This document shows positions 11,601 to 23,500 of a stretch of DNA of 64,000 nt, piece by piece (the first letter of the stretch is position 1; the number at the start of each line of letters is the position of its first letter). The translations under genes and the position numbers were made by a program. The notes below the pieces were generated by a model. It was given only the letters and a program-made list of their open reading frames with translations, searched no databases and was not told where the DNA came from. The stretch comes from the human T2T-CHM13v2.0 reference genome, Homo sapiens: the NCBI RefSeq assembly GCF_009914755.1, contig NC_060930.1; one strand, given 5' to 3'.

Positions 11601-14600
11601 GGCCTATGGTAGAAAAGGGAATATCTTTCCATAAAAGGTAGACAGAAGCAATCTCAGAAACTACTTTGTGATGTGTGCATTCAACTCACCGAGTGCAACG
11701 TTCCTCTTGACCGAGCAGTTTGGAAACATTGTTTCTGTAGAATCTGCAAGTGGATATTTGGACCTCTTTGAGGCCTTCGTTGGAAACGGGATTTCTTCCT
11801 ATAAACCCAGACAGAAGAATTCTCAGAGACTTCTTTGTGATGTGTGAATTCAACTCACAGTGTGGATCCTTCCTTTTGATAGAGCAGTTTTGAAACCCTG
11901 TTTTTGTAGTATTTGCAAGCGGATATTTGGAACGCCTTGAAGCGTATGGTAGAAAAGGAAATATCTTCCCATAAAACCTAGACAGAACCAATCTCAGAAA
12001 CGACTTTGTGATGTCTGCATTCAAGTCACAGAGTTGAACATTTCTCTTGATAGAGCAGTTTTGAAACCCTCTTTCTGAAGGATCTGCAAGTGGATATTTG
12101 GAACTCCTTTGGGTCTTCGTTGGAAACGGGATTTCTTCGTATAAATCTAGACAGAAGAATTCTCCGAAACTTCTTTGGTTGTGTGCATTCAAGTCACAGA
12201 GTGGAACCTTCCTTTGGATAGAGCAGTTTGAAACGCCGTGGTTGTAGTATTTCCAAGCGGATATTAGAGCGCCTTGAGGCCTATGGTAGAAAAGGAAATA
12301 TCTTCCTATAAAACCTAGACGGAAGCAATCTCAGAAACTACTGTGTGATGGCTGCATTCCACACACACGGTGGAACATTTCTCTTGATAGAGCAGTTTTG
12401 AAACACTCTTTCTGTAGAATCTGCAAGTGGATAATTGGACCGCCTTGAGGCCTTCGTTGGAAACGGGATTTCTTCATGTTACTCTAGATAGAAGAATTCT
12501 CAAACACTGCTATGTGATGTTTGCATTCAAGTCACAGAGTGCAACATTCCTCTTGGTAGAGCAGTTGGGAAACACTCCTTTTGTAGAATCTGCAATGGGA
12601 TATTTGGACTTCTTTGAGGCCTTCGTTGGAAACGGGATTTCTTCGTATGAATCTAGACAGAAGAATTCTCAGAAACTTCCTTGTGATGTGTGCATTCAAC
12701 TCAGCGAGTGGCACCTTCCTTTGGATACAGCAGTTTTGAAACACTGTTTTTGTAGTATTTCCAAGCGGATATTTAGAGCGCCTTGAAGCCTATGCTAGAA
12801 ATGGAAATATCTCCCCATAAAACCAAGACAGAAGCAATCTCAGAAACTAATGTGTGATGGCTGCATTCCACACACACGGTGGACCATTTCTCTTGATAGA
12901 GCAGTTTTGAAACACTCTTTCTGTAGAATCTGCAAGTGGATAATTGGACCTCCTAGAGGCCTTCGTTGGAAACGGGATTTCTTCATCTAAACCTACAGAG
13001 AAGAATTCTCAGTAACTTCTTCGGATGTGTGCATTCGACTCACAGAATGGAACATTCCCTTTGATAGAGCAGTTTTGAGACACCGTTTTTGTAGAATTCC
13101 CAAGTGGATATTTAGAGCACTTTGAAGTCTCTGCTAGAAAAGGAAACATCTTCATGTAAAAAGTAGATAGAATCGTTCTCAGAAAGTGCTTAGTGACGTG
13201 TGCGTTCAACTCACAGAGTTTAACGTTTCTTTTGATAGAGCGTTTCTGAAACACCCTTCTTGTAGTAGCTGCAAGTGGATATTTGGACCTATTGGAGGCC
13301 TTCTTTGGAAACGGGATTTCTTCATGTAACTCTAGATTGAAGAATTCTCAGAAACTCCTTTGTGATGTGTGCATTCAATTCAAAGAGTGAAACCTCCCTT
13401 TTCACAGAGCAGTTTTGAAACACTGTTTTTGTAGGATTTCCAAGGGGATATTTATAGTGCATTGAGCCTACGGCGGAAAAAGAAACATCTTCCTATAAAA
13501 ACTAGACAGAATACTTCTCAGAATCTGCTTTGCGATGTGTGCGTTCAACTCACAGAGTAAAACTTTTCTTTTGATAGAGCAGTTTTGAAACACTCTTTTT
13601 GTAGTATTTGCATGTGTATATTTAGAGCGCATTGAAGCCCACAGTAGAAAAGGAAATAACTTCACCTAAAACCTAGACAGAAGCAATCTCAGAAACTACT
13701 TTGTGATGTGTACATTCAACTCACAGAGTGGAACTTTCCTCTTTATAGAGCAGTGTTGAAACACTCTTTTTGTAGAAACTGCAAGTGGATATTTGGACCT
13801 CTTTGAGGCCTTCGTTGGAAACGGGATTTCTTCCTATAACCCTAGACAGAAGAATTTTCAGAAACCTCATTGTGATGTGTGCGTTCATCTCACAGAGTGG
13901 AGTCTTCCGTTTGATAGAGAAGTTTTGAAACCCTGTTCTTGTAGGATTTCCAAGTGGATATTTAGACCACTTTGAAGCCTATGATAGAAAAGGAAACATC
14001 TTCATGGAAAACATAGATAGAATCATCCTCAGAAACAACTTTGTGATGTGTGCGTTGAACTCACCGTCTTTAACCTTTCTTTTGGTAGAGAAGTTTTGAA
14101 ACACTCTCTTTGTAAAGTCTACAAGTGGATATTTTGAGCCCTTGGAGGCATTCTTTGGAAAAGGGAATGTCTTCACATAAAAGGCAGACGGAAGTGTTCT
14201 CAGAAACTGCTTTGTGATGTCTGTGTTCAACTCACAGAGTTTAACATTTCCTTTGATAGAGCGGTTTAGTAACCCTCTCTTTGTAGAATTTGGAAGTGTA
14301 TACTAAGAGCGCTTTGAGGCCTATGGTAGAAAAGGAAATATCTTTCCATAAAAGCTAGACAGAAGCAATCTCAGAAACTCCTCTGTGATGTCTGCATTCA
14401 ACTCACCGAGTGGAACATTCCTCTTGAGAGAGCAGTTTGGAAACACTCTTTCTGTAGAATCAGCTTGTTTGTATTTGGACCTCCTTGAGGCCTTCGTTGG
14501 AAACGGGTTTTCATCTTATAAACCCAGACAGAAGAATTCTCAGAGTCTTCTTTGTGATGTGTGCTTTCAACTCACCGAGATAAAGATTTCTCTTGATAGA

Positions 14601-17600
14601 GCAATTTGGAAACACTCTTTTTGTAGAATTTGCAAGGGTACATTGAGAGCGCTTTCAGGCCTATGGTAGAAAAGGAAATATCTTTCCATAAAAGGTAGAC
14701 AGAAGCAATCTCAGAAACTACTTTGTGATGTGTGCATTCAACTCACCGAGTGCAACGTTCCTCTTGACCGAGCAGTTTGGAAACATTGTTTCTGTAGAAT
14801 CTGCAAGTGGATATTTGGACCTCTTTGAGGCCTTCGTTGGAAACGGGATTTCTTCCTATAAACCCAGACAGAAGAATTCTCAGAGACTTCTTTGTGATGT
14901 GTGAATTCAACTCACAGTGTGGATCCTTCCTTTTGATAGAGCAGTTTTGAAACCCTGTTTTTGTAGTATTTCCAAGCGGATATTTGGAACGCCTTGAAGC
15001 GTATGGTAGAAAAGGAAATATCTTCCCATAAAACCTAGACAGAACCAATCTCAGAAACGACTTTGTGATGTCTGCATTCAAGTCACAGAGTTGAACATTT
15101 CTCTTGATAGAGCAGTTTTGAAACCCTCTTTCTGAAGGATCTGCAAGTGGATATTTGGAACTCCTTTGGGTCTTCGTTGGAAACGGGATTTCTTCGTATA
15201 AATCTAGACAGAAGAATTCTCCGAAACTTCTTTGGTTGTGTGCATTCAAGTCACAGAGTGGAACCTTCCTTTGGATAGAGCAGTTTGAAACGCCGTGGTT
15301 GTAGTATTTCCAAGCGGATATTAGAGCGCCTTGAGGCCTATGGTAGAAAAGGAAATATCTTCCCATAAAACCTAGACGGAAGCAATCTCAGAAACTACTG
15401 TGTGATGGCTGCATTCCACACACACGGTGGAACATTTCTCTTGATAGAGCAGTTTTGAAACACTCTTTCTGTAGAATCTGCAAGTGGATAATTGGACCGC
15501 CTTGAGGCCTTCGTTGGAAACGGGATTTCTTCATGTTACTCTAGATAGAAGAATTCTCAAACACTGCTATGTGATGTTTGCATTCAAGTCACAGAGTGCA
15601 ACATTCCTCTTGGTAGAGCAGTTGGGAAACACTCCTTTTGTAGAATCTGCAATGGGATATTTGGACTTCTTTGAGGCCTTCGTTGGAAACGGGATTTCTT
15701 CGTATGAATCTAGACAGAAGAATTCTCAGAAACTTCCTTGTGATGTGTGCATTCAACTCAGCGAGTGGCACCTTCCTTTGGATACAGCAGTTTTGAAACA
15801 CTGTTTTTGTAGTATTTCCAAGCGGATATTTAGAGCGCCTTGAAGCCTATGCTAGAAATGGAAATATCTCCCCATAAAACCAAGACAGAAGCAATCTCAG
15901 AAACTAATGTGTGATGGCTGCATTCCACACACACGGTGGACCATTTCTCTTGATAGAGCAGTTTTGAAACACTCTTTATGTAGAATCTGCAAGTGGATAA
16001 TTGGACCTCCTAGAGGCCTTCGTTGGAAACGGGATTTCTTCATCTAAACCTACAGAGAAGAATTCTCAGTAACTTCTTCGGATGTGTGCATTCGACTCAC
16101 AGAATGGAACATTCCCTTTGATAGAGCAGTTTTGAGACACCGTTTTTGTAGAATTCCCAAGTGGATATTTAGAGCACTTTGAAGTCTCTGCTAGAAAAGG
16201 AAACATCTTCATGTAAAAAGTAGATAGAATCGTTCTCAGAAAGTGCTTAGTGACGTGTGCGTTCAACTCACAGAGTTTAACGTTTCTTTTGATAGAGCGT
16301 TTCTGAAACACCCTTCTTGTAGTAGCTGCAAGTGGATATTTGGACCTATTGGAGGCCTTCTTTGGAAACGGGATTTCTTCATGTAACTCTAGATTGAAGA
16401 ATTCTCAGAAACTCCTTTGTGATGTGTGCATTCAATTCAAAGAGTGAAACCTCCCTTTTCACAGAGCAGTTTTGAAACACTGTTTTTGTAGGATTTCCAA
16501 GGGGATATTTATAGCGCATTGAGCCTACGGCGGAAAAAGAAACATCTTCCTATAAAAACTAGACAGAATACTTCTCAGAATCTGCTTTGCGATGTGTGCG
16601 TTCAACTCACAGAGTAAAACTTTTCTTTTGATAGAGCAGTTTTGAAACACTCTTTTTGTAGTATTTGCATGTGTATATTTAGAGCGCATTGAAGCCCACA
16701 GTAGAAGAGGAAATAACTTCACCTAAAACCTAGACAGAAGCAATCTCAGAAACTACTTTGTGATGTGTACATTCAACTCACAGAGTGGAACTTTCCTCTT
16801 TATAGAGCAGTGTTGAAACACTCTTTTTGTAGAAACTGCAAGTGGATATTTGGACCTCTTTGAGGCCTTCGTTGGAAACGGGATTTCTTCCTATAACCCT
16901 AGACAGAAGAATTTTCAGAAACCTCATTGTGATGTGTGCGTTCATCTCACAGAGTGGAGTCTTCCGTTTGATAGAGAAGTTTTGAAACCCTGTTCTTGTA
17001 GGATTTCCAAGTGGATATTTAGACCACTTTGAAGCCTATGATAGAAAAGGAAACATCTTCATGGAAAACATAGATAGAATCATCCTCAGAAACAACTTTG
17101 TGATGTGTGCATTGAACTCACCGTCTTTAACCTTTCTTTTGGTAGAGAAGTTTTGAAACACTCTCTTTGTAAAGTCTACAAGTGGATATTTTGAGCCCTT
17201 GGAGGCATTCTTTGGAAAAGGGAATGTCTTCACATAAAAGGCAGACGGAAGTGTTCTCAGAAACTGCTTTGTGATGTCTGTGTTCAACTCACAGAGTTTA
17301 ACATTTCCTTTGATAGAGCGGTTTAGTAACCCTCTCTTTGTAGAATTTGGAAGTGTATACTAAGAGCGCTTTGAGGCCTATGGTAGAAAAGGAAATATCT
17401 TTCCATAAAAGCTAGACAGAAGCAATCTCAGAAACTCCTCTGTGATGTCTGCATTCATCTCACCGAGTGGAACATTCCTCTTGAGAGAGCAGTTTGGAAA
17501 CACTCTTTCTGTAGAATCAGCTTGTTTGTATTTGGACCTCCTTGAGGCCTTCGTTGGAAACGGGTTTTCATCTTATAAACCCAGACAGAAGAATTCTCAG

Positions 17601-17977
17601 AGTCTTCTTTGTGATGTGTGCTTTCAACTCACCGAGATAAAGATTTCTCTTGATAGAGCAATTTGGAAACACTCTTTTTGTAGAATTTGCAAGGGTACAT
17701 TGAGAGCGCTTTCAGGCCTATGGTAGAAAAGGGAATATCTTTCCATAAAAGGTAGACAGAAGCAATCTCAGAAACTACTTTGTGATGTGTGCATTCAACT
17801 CACCGAGTGCAACGTTCCTCTTGACCGAGCAGTTTGGAAACATTGTTTCTGTAGAATCTGCAAGTGGATATTTGGACCTCTTTGAGGCCTTCGTTGGAAA
17901 CGGGATTTCTTCCTATAAACCCAGACAGAAGAATTCTCAGAGACTTCTTTGTGATGTGTGAATTCAACTCACAGTGT
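2693..17977 (+). repeat. Five tandem canonical 18-mer HORs (3057 bp each, BamHI register)
   Basis: GGATCC at 2693, 5750, 8807, 11864, 14921, 17978; ORF-track landmarks repeat at exactly 3057 bp. Confidence 0.95.
2944..2960 (+). promoter_or_regulatory. CENP-B box, intact
   Basis: cttcgttggaaacggga. Confidence 0.95.
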
Positions 17978-20525
17978 GGATCCTTCCTTTTGATAGAGCA
18001 GTTTTGAAACCCTGTTTTTGTAGTATTTCCAAGCGGATATTTGGAACGCCTTGAAGCGTATGGTAGAAAAGGAAATATCTTCCCATAAAACCTAGACAGA
18101 ACCAATCTCAGAAACGACTTTGTGATGTCTGCATTCAAGTCACAGAGTTGAACATTTCTCTTGATAGAGCAGTTTTGAAACCCTCTTTCTGAAGGATCTG
18201 CAAGTGGATATTTGGAACTCCTTTGGGTCTTCGTTGGAAACGGGATTTCTTCGTATAAATCTAGACAGAAGAATTCTCCGAAACTTCTTTGGTTGTGTGC
18301 ATTCAAGTCAAAGAGTGGAACCTTCCTTTGGATAGAGCTGTTTGAAACGCCGTGGTTGTAGTATTTCCAAGCGGATATTAGAGCGCCTTGAGGCCTATGG
18401 TAGAAAAGGAAATATCTTCCCATAAAACCTAGACGGAAGCAATCTCAGAAACTACTGTGTGATGGCTGCATTCCACACACACGGTGGACCATTTCTCTTG
18501 ATAGAGCAGTTTTGAAACACTCTTTCTGTAGAATCTGCAAGTGGATAATTGGACCTCCTAGAGGCCTTCGTTGGAAACGGGATTTCTTCATCTAAACCTA
18601 CAGAGAAGAATTCTCAGTAACTTCTTCGGATGTGTGCATTCGACTCACAGAATGGAACATTCCCTTTGATAGAGCAGTTTTGAGACACCGTTTTTGTAGA
18701 ATTCCCAAGTGGATATTTAGAGCACTTTGAAGTCTCTGCTAGAAAAGGAAACATCTTCATGTAAAAAGTAGATAGAATCGTTCTCAGAAAGTGCTTAGTG
18801 ACGTGTGCGTTCAACTCACAGAGTTTAACGTTTCTTTTGATAGAGCGTTTCTGAAACACCCTTCTTGTAGTAGCTGCAAGTGGATATTTGGACCTATTGG
18901 AGGCCTTCTTTGGAAATGGGATTTCTTCATGTAACTCTAGATTGAAGAGTTCTCAGAAACTCCTTTGTGATGTGTGCATTCAATTCAAAGAGTGAAACCT
19001 CCCTTTTCACAGAGCAGTTTTGAAACACTGTTTTTGTAGGATTTCCAAGGGGATATTTATAGCGCATTGAGCCTACGGCGGAAAAAGAAACATCTTCCTA
19101 TAAAAACTAGACAGAATACTTCTCAGAATCTGCTTTGCGATGTGTGCGTTCAACTCACAGAGTAAAACTTTTCTTTTGATAGAGCAGTTTTGAAACACTC
19201 TTTTTGTAGTATTTGCATGTGTATATTTAGAGCGCATTGAAGCCCACAGTAGAAAAGGAAATAACTTCACCTAAAACCTAGACAGAAGCAATCTCAGAAA
19301 CTACTTTGTGATGTGTACATTCAACTCACAGAGTGGAACTTTCCTCTTTATAGAGCAGTGTTGAAACACTCTTTTTGTAGAAACTGCAAGTGGATATTTG
19401 GACCTCTTTGAGGCCTTCGTTGGAAACGGGATTTCTTCCTATAACCCTAGACAGAAGAATTTTCAGAAACCTCATTGTGATGTGTGCGTTCATCTCACAG
19501 AGTGGAGTCTTCCGTTTGATAGAGAAGTTTTGAAACCCTGTTCTTGTAGGATTTCCAAGTGGATATTTAGACCACTTTGAAGCCTATGATAGAAAAGGAA
19601 ACATCTTCATGGAAAACATAGATAGAATCATCCTCAGAAACAACTTTGTGATGTGTGCGTTGAACTCACCGTCTTTAACCTTTCTTTTGGTAGAGAAGTT
19701 TTGAAACACTCTCTTTGTAAAGTCTACAAGTGGATATTTTGAGCCCTTGGAGGCATTCTTTGGAAAAGGGAATGTCTTCACATAAAAGGCAGACGGAAGT
19801 GTTCTCAGAAACTGCTTTGTGATGTCTGTGTTCAACTCACAGAGTTTAACATTTCCTTTGATAGAGCGGTTTAGTAACCCTCTCTTTGTAGAATTTGGAA
19901 GTGTATACTAAGAGCGCTTTGAGGCCTATGGTAGAAAAGGAAATATCTTTCCATAAAAGCTAGACAGAAGCAATCTCAGAAACTCCTCTGTGATGTCTGC
20001 ATTCAACTCACCGAGTGGAACATTCCTCTTGAGAGAGCAGTTTGGAAACACTCTTTCTGTAGAATCAGCTTGTTTGTATTTGGACCTCCTTGAGGCCTTC
20101 GTTGGAAACGGGTTTTCATCTTATAAACCCAGACAGAAGAATTCTCAGAGTCTTCTTTGTGATGTGTGCTTTCAACTCACCGAGATAAAGATTTCTCTTG
20201 ATAGAGCAATTTGGAAACACTCTTTTTGTAGAATTTGCAAGGGTACATTGAGAGCGCTTTCAGGCCTATGGTAGAAAAGGGAATATCTTTCCATAAAAGG
20301 TAGACAGAAGCAATCTCAGAAACTACTTTGTGATGTGTGCATTCAACTCACCGAGTGCAACGTTCCTCTTGACCGAGCAGTTTGGAAACATTGTTTCTGT
20401 AGAATCTGCAAGTGGATATTTGGACCTCTTTGAGGCCTTCGTTGGAAACGGGATTTCTTCCTATAAACCCAGACAGAAGAATTCTCAGAGACTTCTTTGT
20501 GATGTGTGAATTCAACTCACAGTGT
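17978..20525 (+). repeat. 15-mer HOR variant type b (2548 bp; 509-bp deletion, junction within 18456-18488)
   Basis: Landmark spacing 16850 to 19398 = 2548. Hybrid monomer actaCtgtgtgatggctgcattccacacacacggtggaCc joins the left paralogue (C18455) to the right paralogue (C18489). Confidence 0.93.
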
Positions 20526-23500
20526 GGATCCTTCCTTTTGATAGAGCAGTTTTGAAACCCTGTTTTTGTAGTATTTCCAAGCGGATATTTGGAACGCCTT
20601 GAAGCGTATGGTAGAAAAGGAAATATCTTCCCATAAAACCTAGACAGAACCAATCTCAGAAACGACTTTGTGATGTCTGCATTCAAGTCACAGAGTTGAA
20701 CATTTCTCTTGATAGAGCAGTTTTGAAACCCTCTTTCTGAAGGATCTGCAAGTGGATATTTGGAACTCCTTTGGGTCTTCGTTGGAAACGGGATTTCTTC
20801 GTATAAATCTAGACAGAAGAATTCTCAGAAACTTCCTTGTGATGTGTGCATTCAACTCAGCGAGTGGCACCTTCCTTTGGATACAGCAGTTTTGAAACAC
20901 TGTTTTTGTAGTATTTCCAAGCGGATATTTAGAGCGCCTTGAAGCCTATGCTAGAAATGGAAATATCTCCCCATAAAACCAAGACGGAAGCAATCTCAGA
21001 AACTAATGTGTGATGGCTGCATTCCACACACACGGTGGACCATTTCTCTTGATAGAGCAGTTTCGAAACACTCTTTCTGTAGAATCTGCAAGTGGATAAT
21101 TGGACCTCCTAGAGGCCTTCGTTGGAAACGGGATTTCTTCATCTAAACCTACAGAGAAGTATTCTCAGTAACTTCTTCGGATGTGTGCATTCGACGCACA
21201 GAATGGAACATTCCCTTTGATAGAGCAGTTTTGAGACACCGTTTTTGTAGAATTCCCAAGTGGATATTTAGAGCACTTTGAAGTCTCTGCTAGAAAAGGA
21301 AACATCTTCATGTAAAAAGTAGATAGAATCGTTCTCAGAAAGTGCTTAGTGTCGTGTGCGTTCAACTCACAGAGTTTAACGTTTCTTTTGACAGAGCGTT
21401 TCTGAAACACCCTTCTTGTAGTAGCTGCAAGTGGATATTTGGACCTATTGGAGGCCTTCTTTGGAAATGGGATTTCTTCATGTAACTCTAGAGTGAAGAA
21501 TTCTCAGAAACTCCTTTGTGATGTGTGCATTCAATTCAAAGAGTGAAACCTCTCTTTTCACAGAGCAGTTTTGAAACACTGTTTTTGTAGGATTTCCAAG
21601 GGGATATTTATAGCGCATTGAGCCTACGGCGGAAAAAGAAACATCTTCCTATAAAAACTAGACAGAATACTTCTCAGAATCTGCTTTGCGATGTGTGCGT
21701 TCAACTCACAGAGTAAAACTTTTCTTTTGATAGAGCAGTTTTGAAACACTCTTTTTGTAGTATTTGCATGTGTATATTTAGAGCGCATTGAAGCCCACAG
21801 TAGAAAAGGAAATAACTTCACCTAAAACCTAGACAGAAGCAATCACAGAAACTACTTTGTGATGTGTACATTCAACTCACAGAGTGGAACTTTCCTCTTT
21901 ATAGAGCAGTGTTGAAACACTCTTTTTGTAGAAACTGCAAGTGGATATTTGGACCTCTTTGAGGCCTTCATTGGAAACGGGATTTCTTCCTATAACCCTA
22001 GACAGAAGAATTTTCAGAAACCTCATTGTGATGTGTGCGTTCATCTCACAGAGTGGAGTCTTCCGTTTGATAGAGAAGTTTTGAAACCCTGTTCTTGTAG
22101 GATTTCCAAGTGGATATTTAGACCACTTTGAAGCCTATGATAGAAAAGGAAACATCTTCATGGAAAACATAGATAGAATCATCCTCAGAAACAACTTTGT
22201 GATGTGTCCGTTGAACTCACCGTCTTTAACCTTTCTTTTGGTAGAGAAGTTTTGAAACACTCTCTTTGTAAAGTCTACAAGTGGATATTTTGAGCCCTTG
22301 GAGGCATTCTTTGGAAAAGGGAATGTCTTCACATAAAAGGCAGACGGAAGTGTTCTCAGAAACTGCTTTGTGATGTCTGTGTTCAACTCACAGAGTTTAA
22401 CATTTCCTTTGATAGAGCGGTTTAGTAACCCTCTCTTTGTAGAATTTGGAAGTGTATACTAAGAGCGCTTTGAGGCCTATGGTAGAAAAGGAAATATCTT
22501 TCCATAAAAGCTAGACAGAAGCAATCTCAGAAAATCCTCTGTGATGTCTGCATTCAACTCACCGAGTGGAACATTCCTCTTGAGAGAGCAGTTTGGAAAC
22601 ACTCTTTCTGTAGAATCAGCTTGTTTGTATTTGGACCTCCTTGAGGCCTTCGTTGGAAACGGGTTTTCATCTTATAAACCCAGACAGAAGAATTCTCAGA
22701 GTCTTCTTTGTGATGTGTGCTTTCAACTCACCGAGATAAAGATTTCTCTTGATAGAGCAATTTGGAAACACTCTTTTTGTAGAATTTGCAAGGGTACATT
22801 GAGAGCGCTTTCAGGCCTATGGTAGAAAAGGGAATATCTTTCCATAAAAGGTAGACAGAAGCAATCTCAGAAACTACTTTGTGATGTGTGCATTCAACTC
22901 ACCGAGTGCAACGTTCCTCTTGACCGAGCAGTTTGGAATCAGTGTTTCTGTAGAATCTGCAAGTGGATATTTGGACCTCTTTGAGGCCTTCGTTGGAAAC
23001 GGGATTTCTTCCTATAAACCCAGACAGAAGAATTCTCAGAGACTTCTTTGTGATGTGTGAATTCAACTCACAGTGTGGATCCTTCCTTTTGATAGAGCAG
23101 TTTTGAAACCCTGTTTTTGTAGTATTTCCAAGCGGATATTTGGAACGCCTTGAAGCGTATGGTAGAAAAGGAAATATCTTCCCATAAAACCTAGACAGAA
23201 CCAATCTCAGAAACGACTTTGTGATGTCTGCATTCAAGTCACAGAGTTGAACATTTCTCTTGATAGAGCAGTTTTGAAACCCTCTTTCTGAAGGATCTGC
23301 AAGTGGATATTTGGAACTCCTTTGGGTCTTCGTTGGAAACGGGATTTCTTCGTATAAATCTAGACAGAAGAATTCTCCGAAACTTCCTTGTGATGTGTGC
23401 ATTCAACTCAGCGAGTGGCACCTTCCTTTGGATACAGCAGTTTTGAAACACTGTTTTTGTAGTATTTCCAAGCGGATATTTAGAGCGCCTTGAAGCCTAT

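Noticed and set aside
20688-20942. New chimeric ORFs (MELLWVFVGNG..., MFQNCC...EDPKEF) appearing only in 15-mers
   Set aside because: These are automatic consequences of the deletion junction fusing reading frames; there is no evidence of expression or function.
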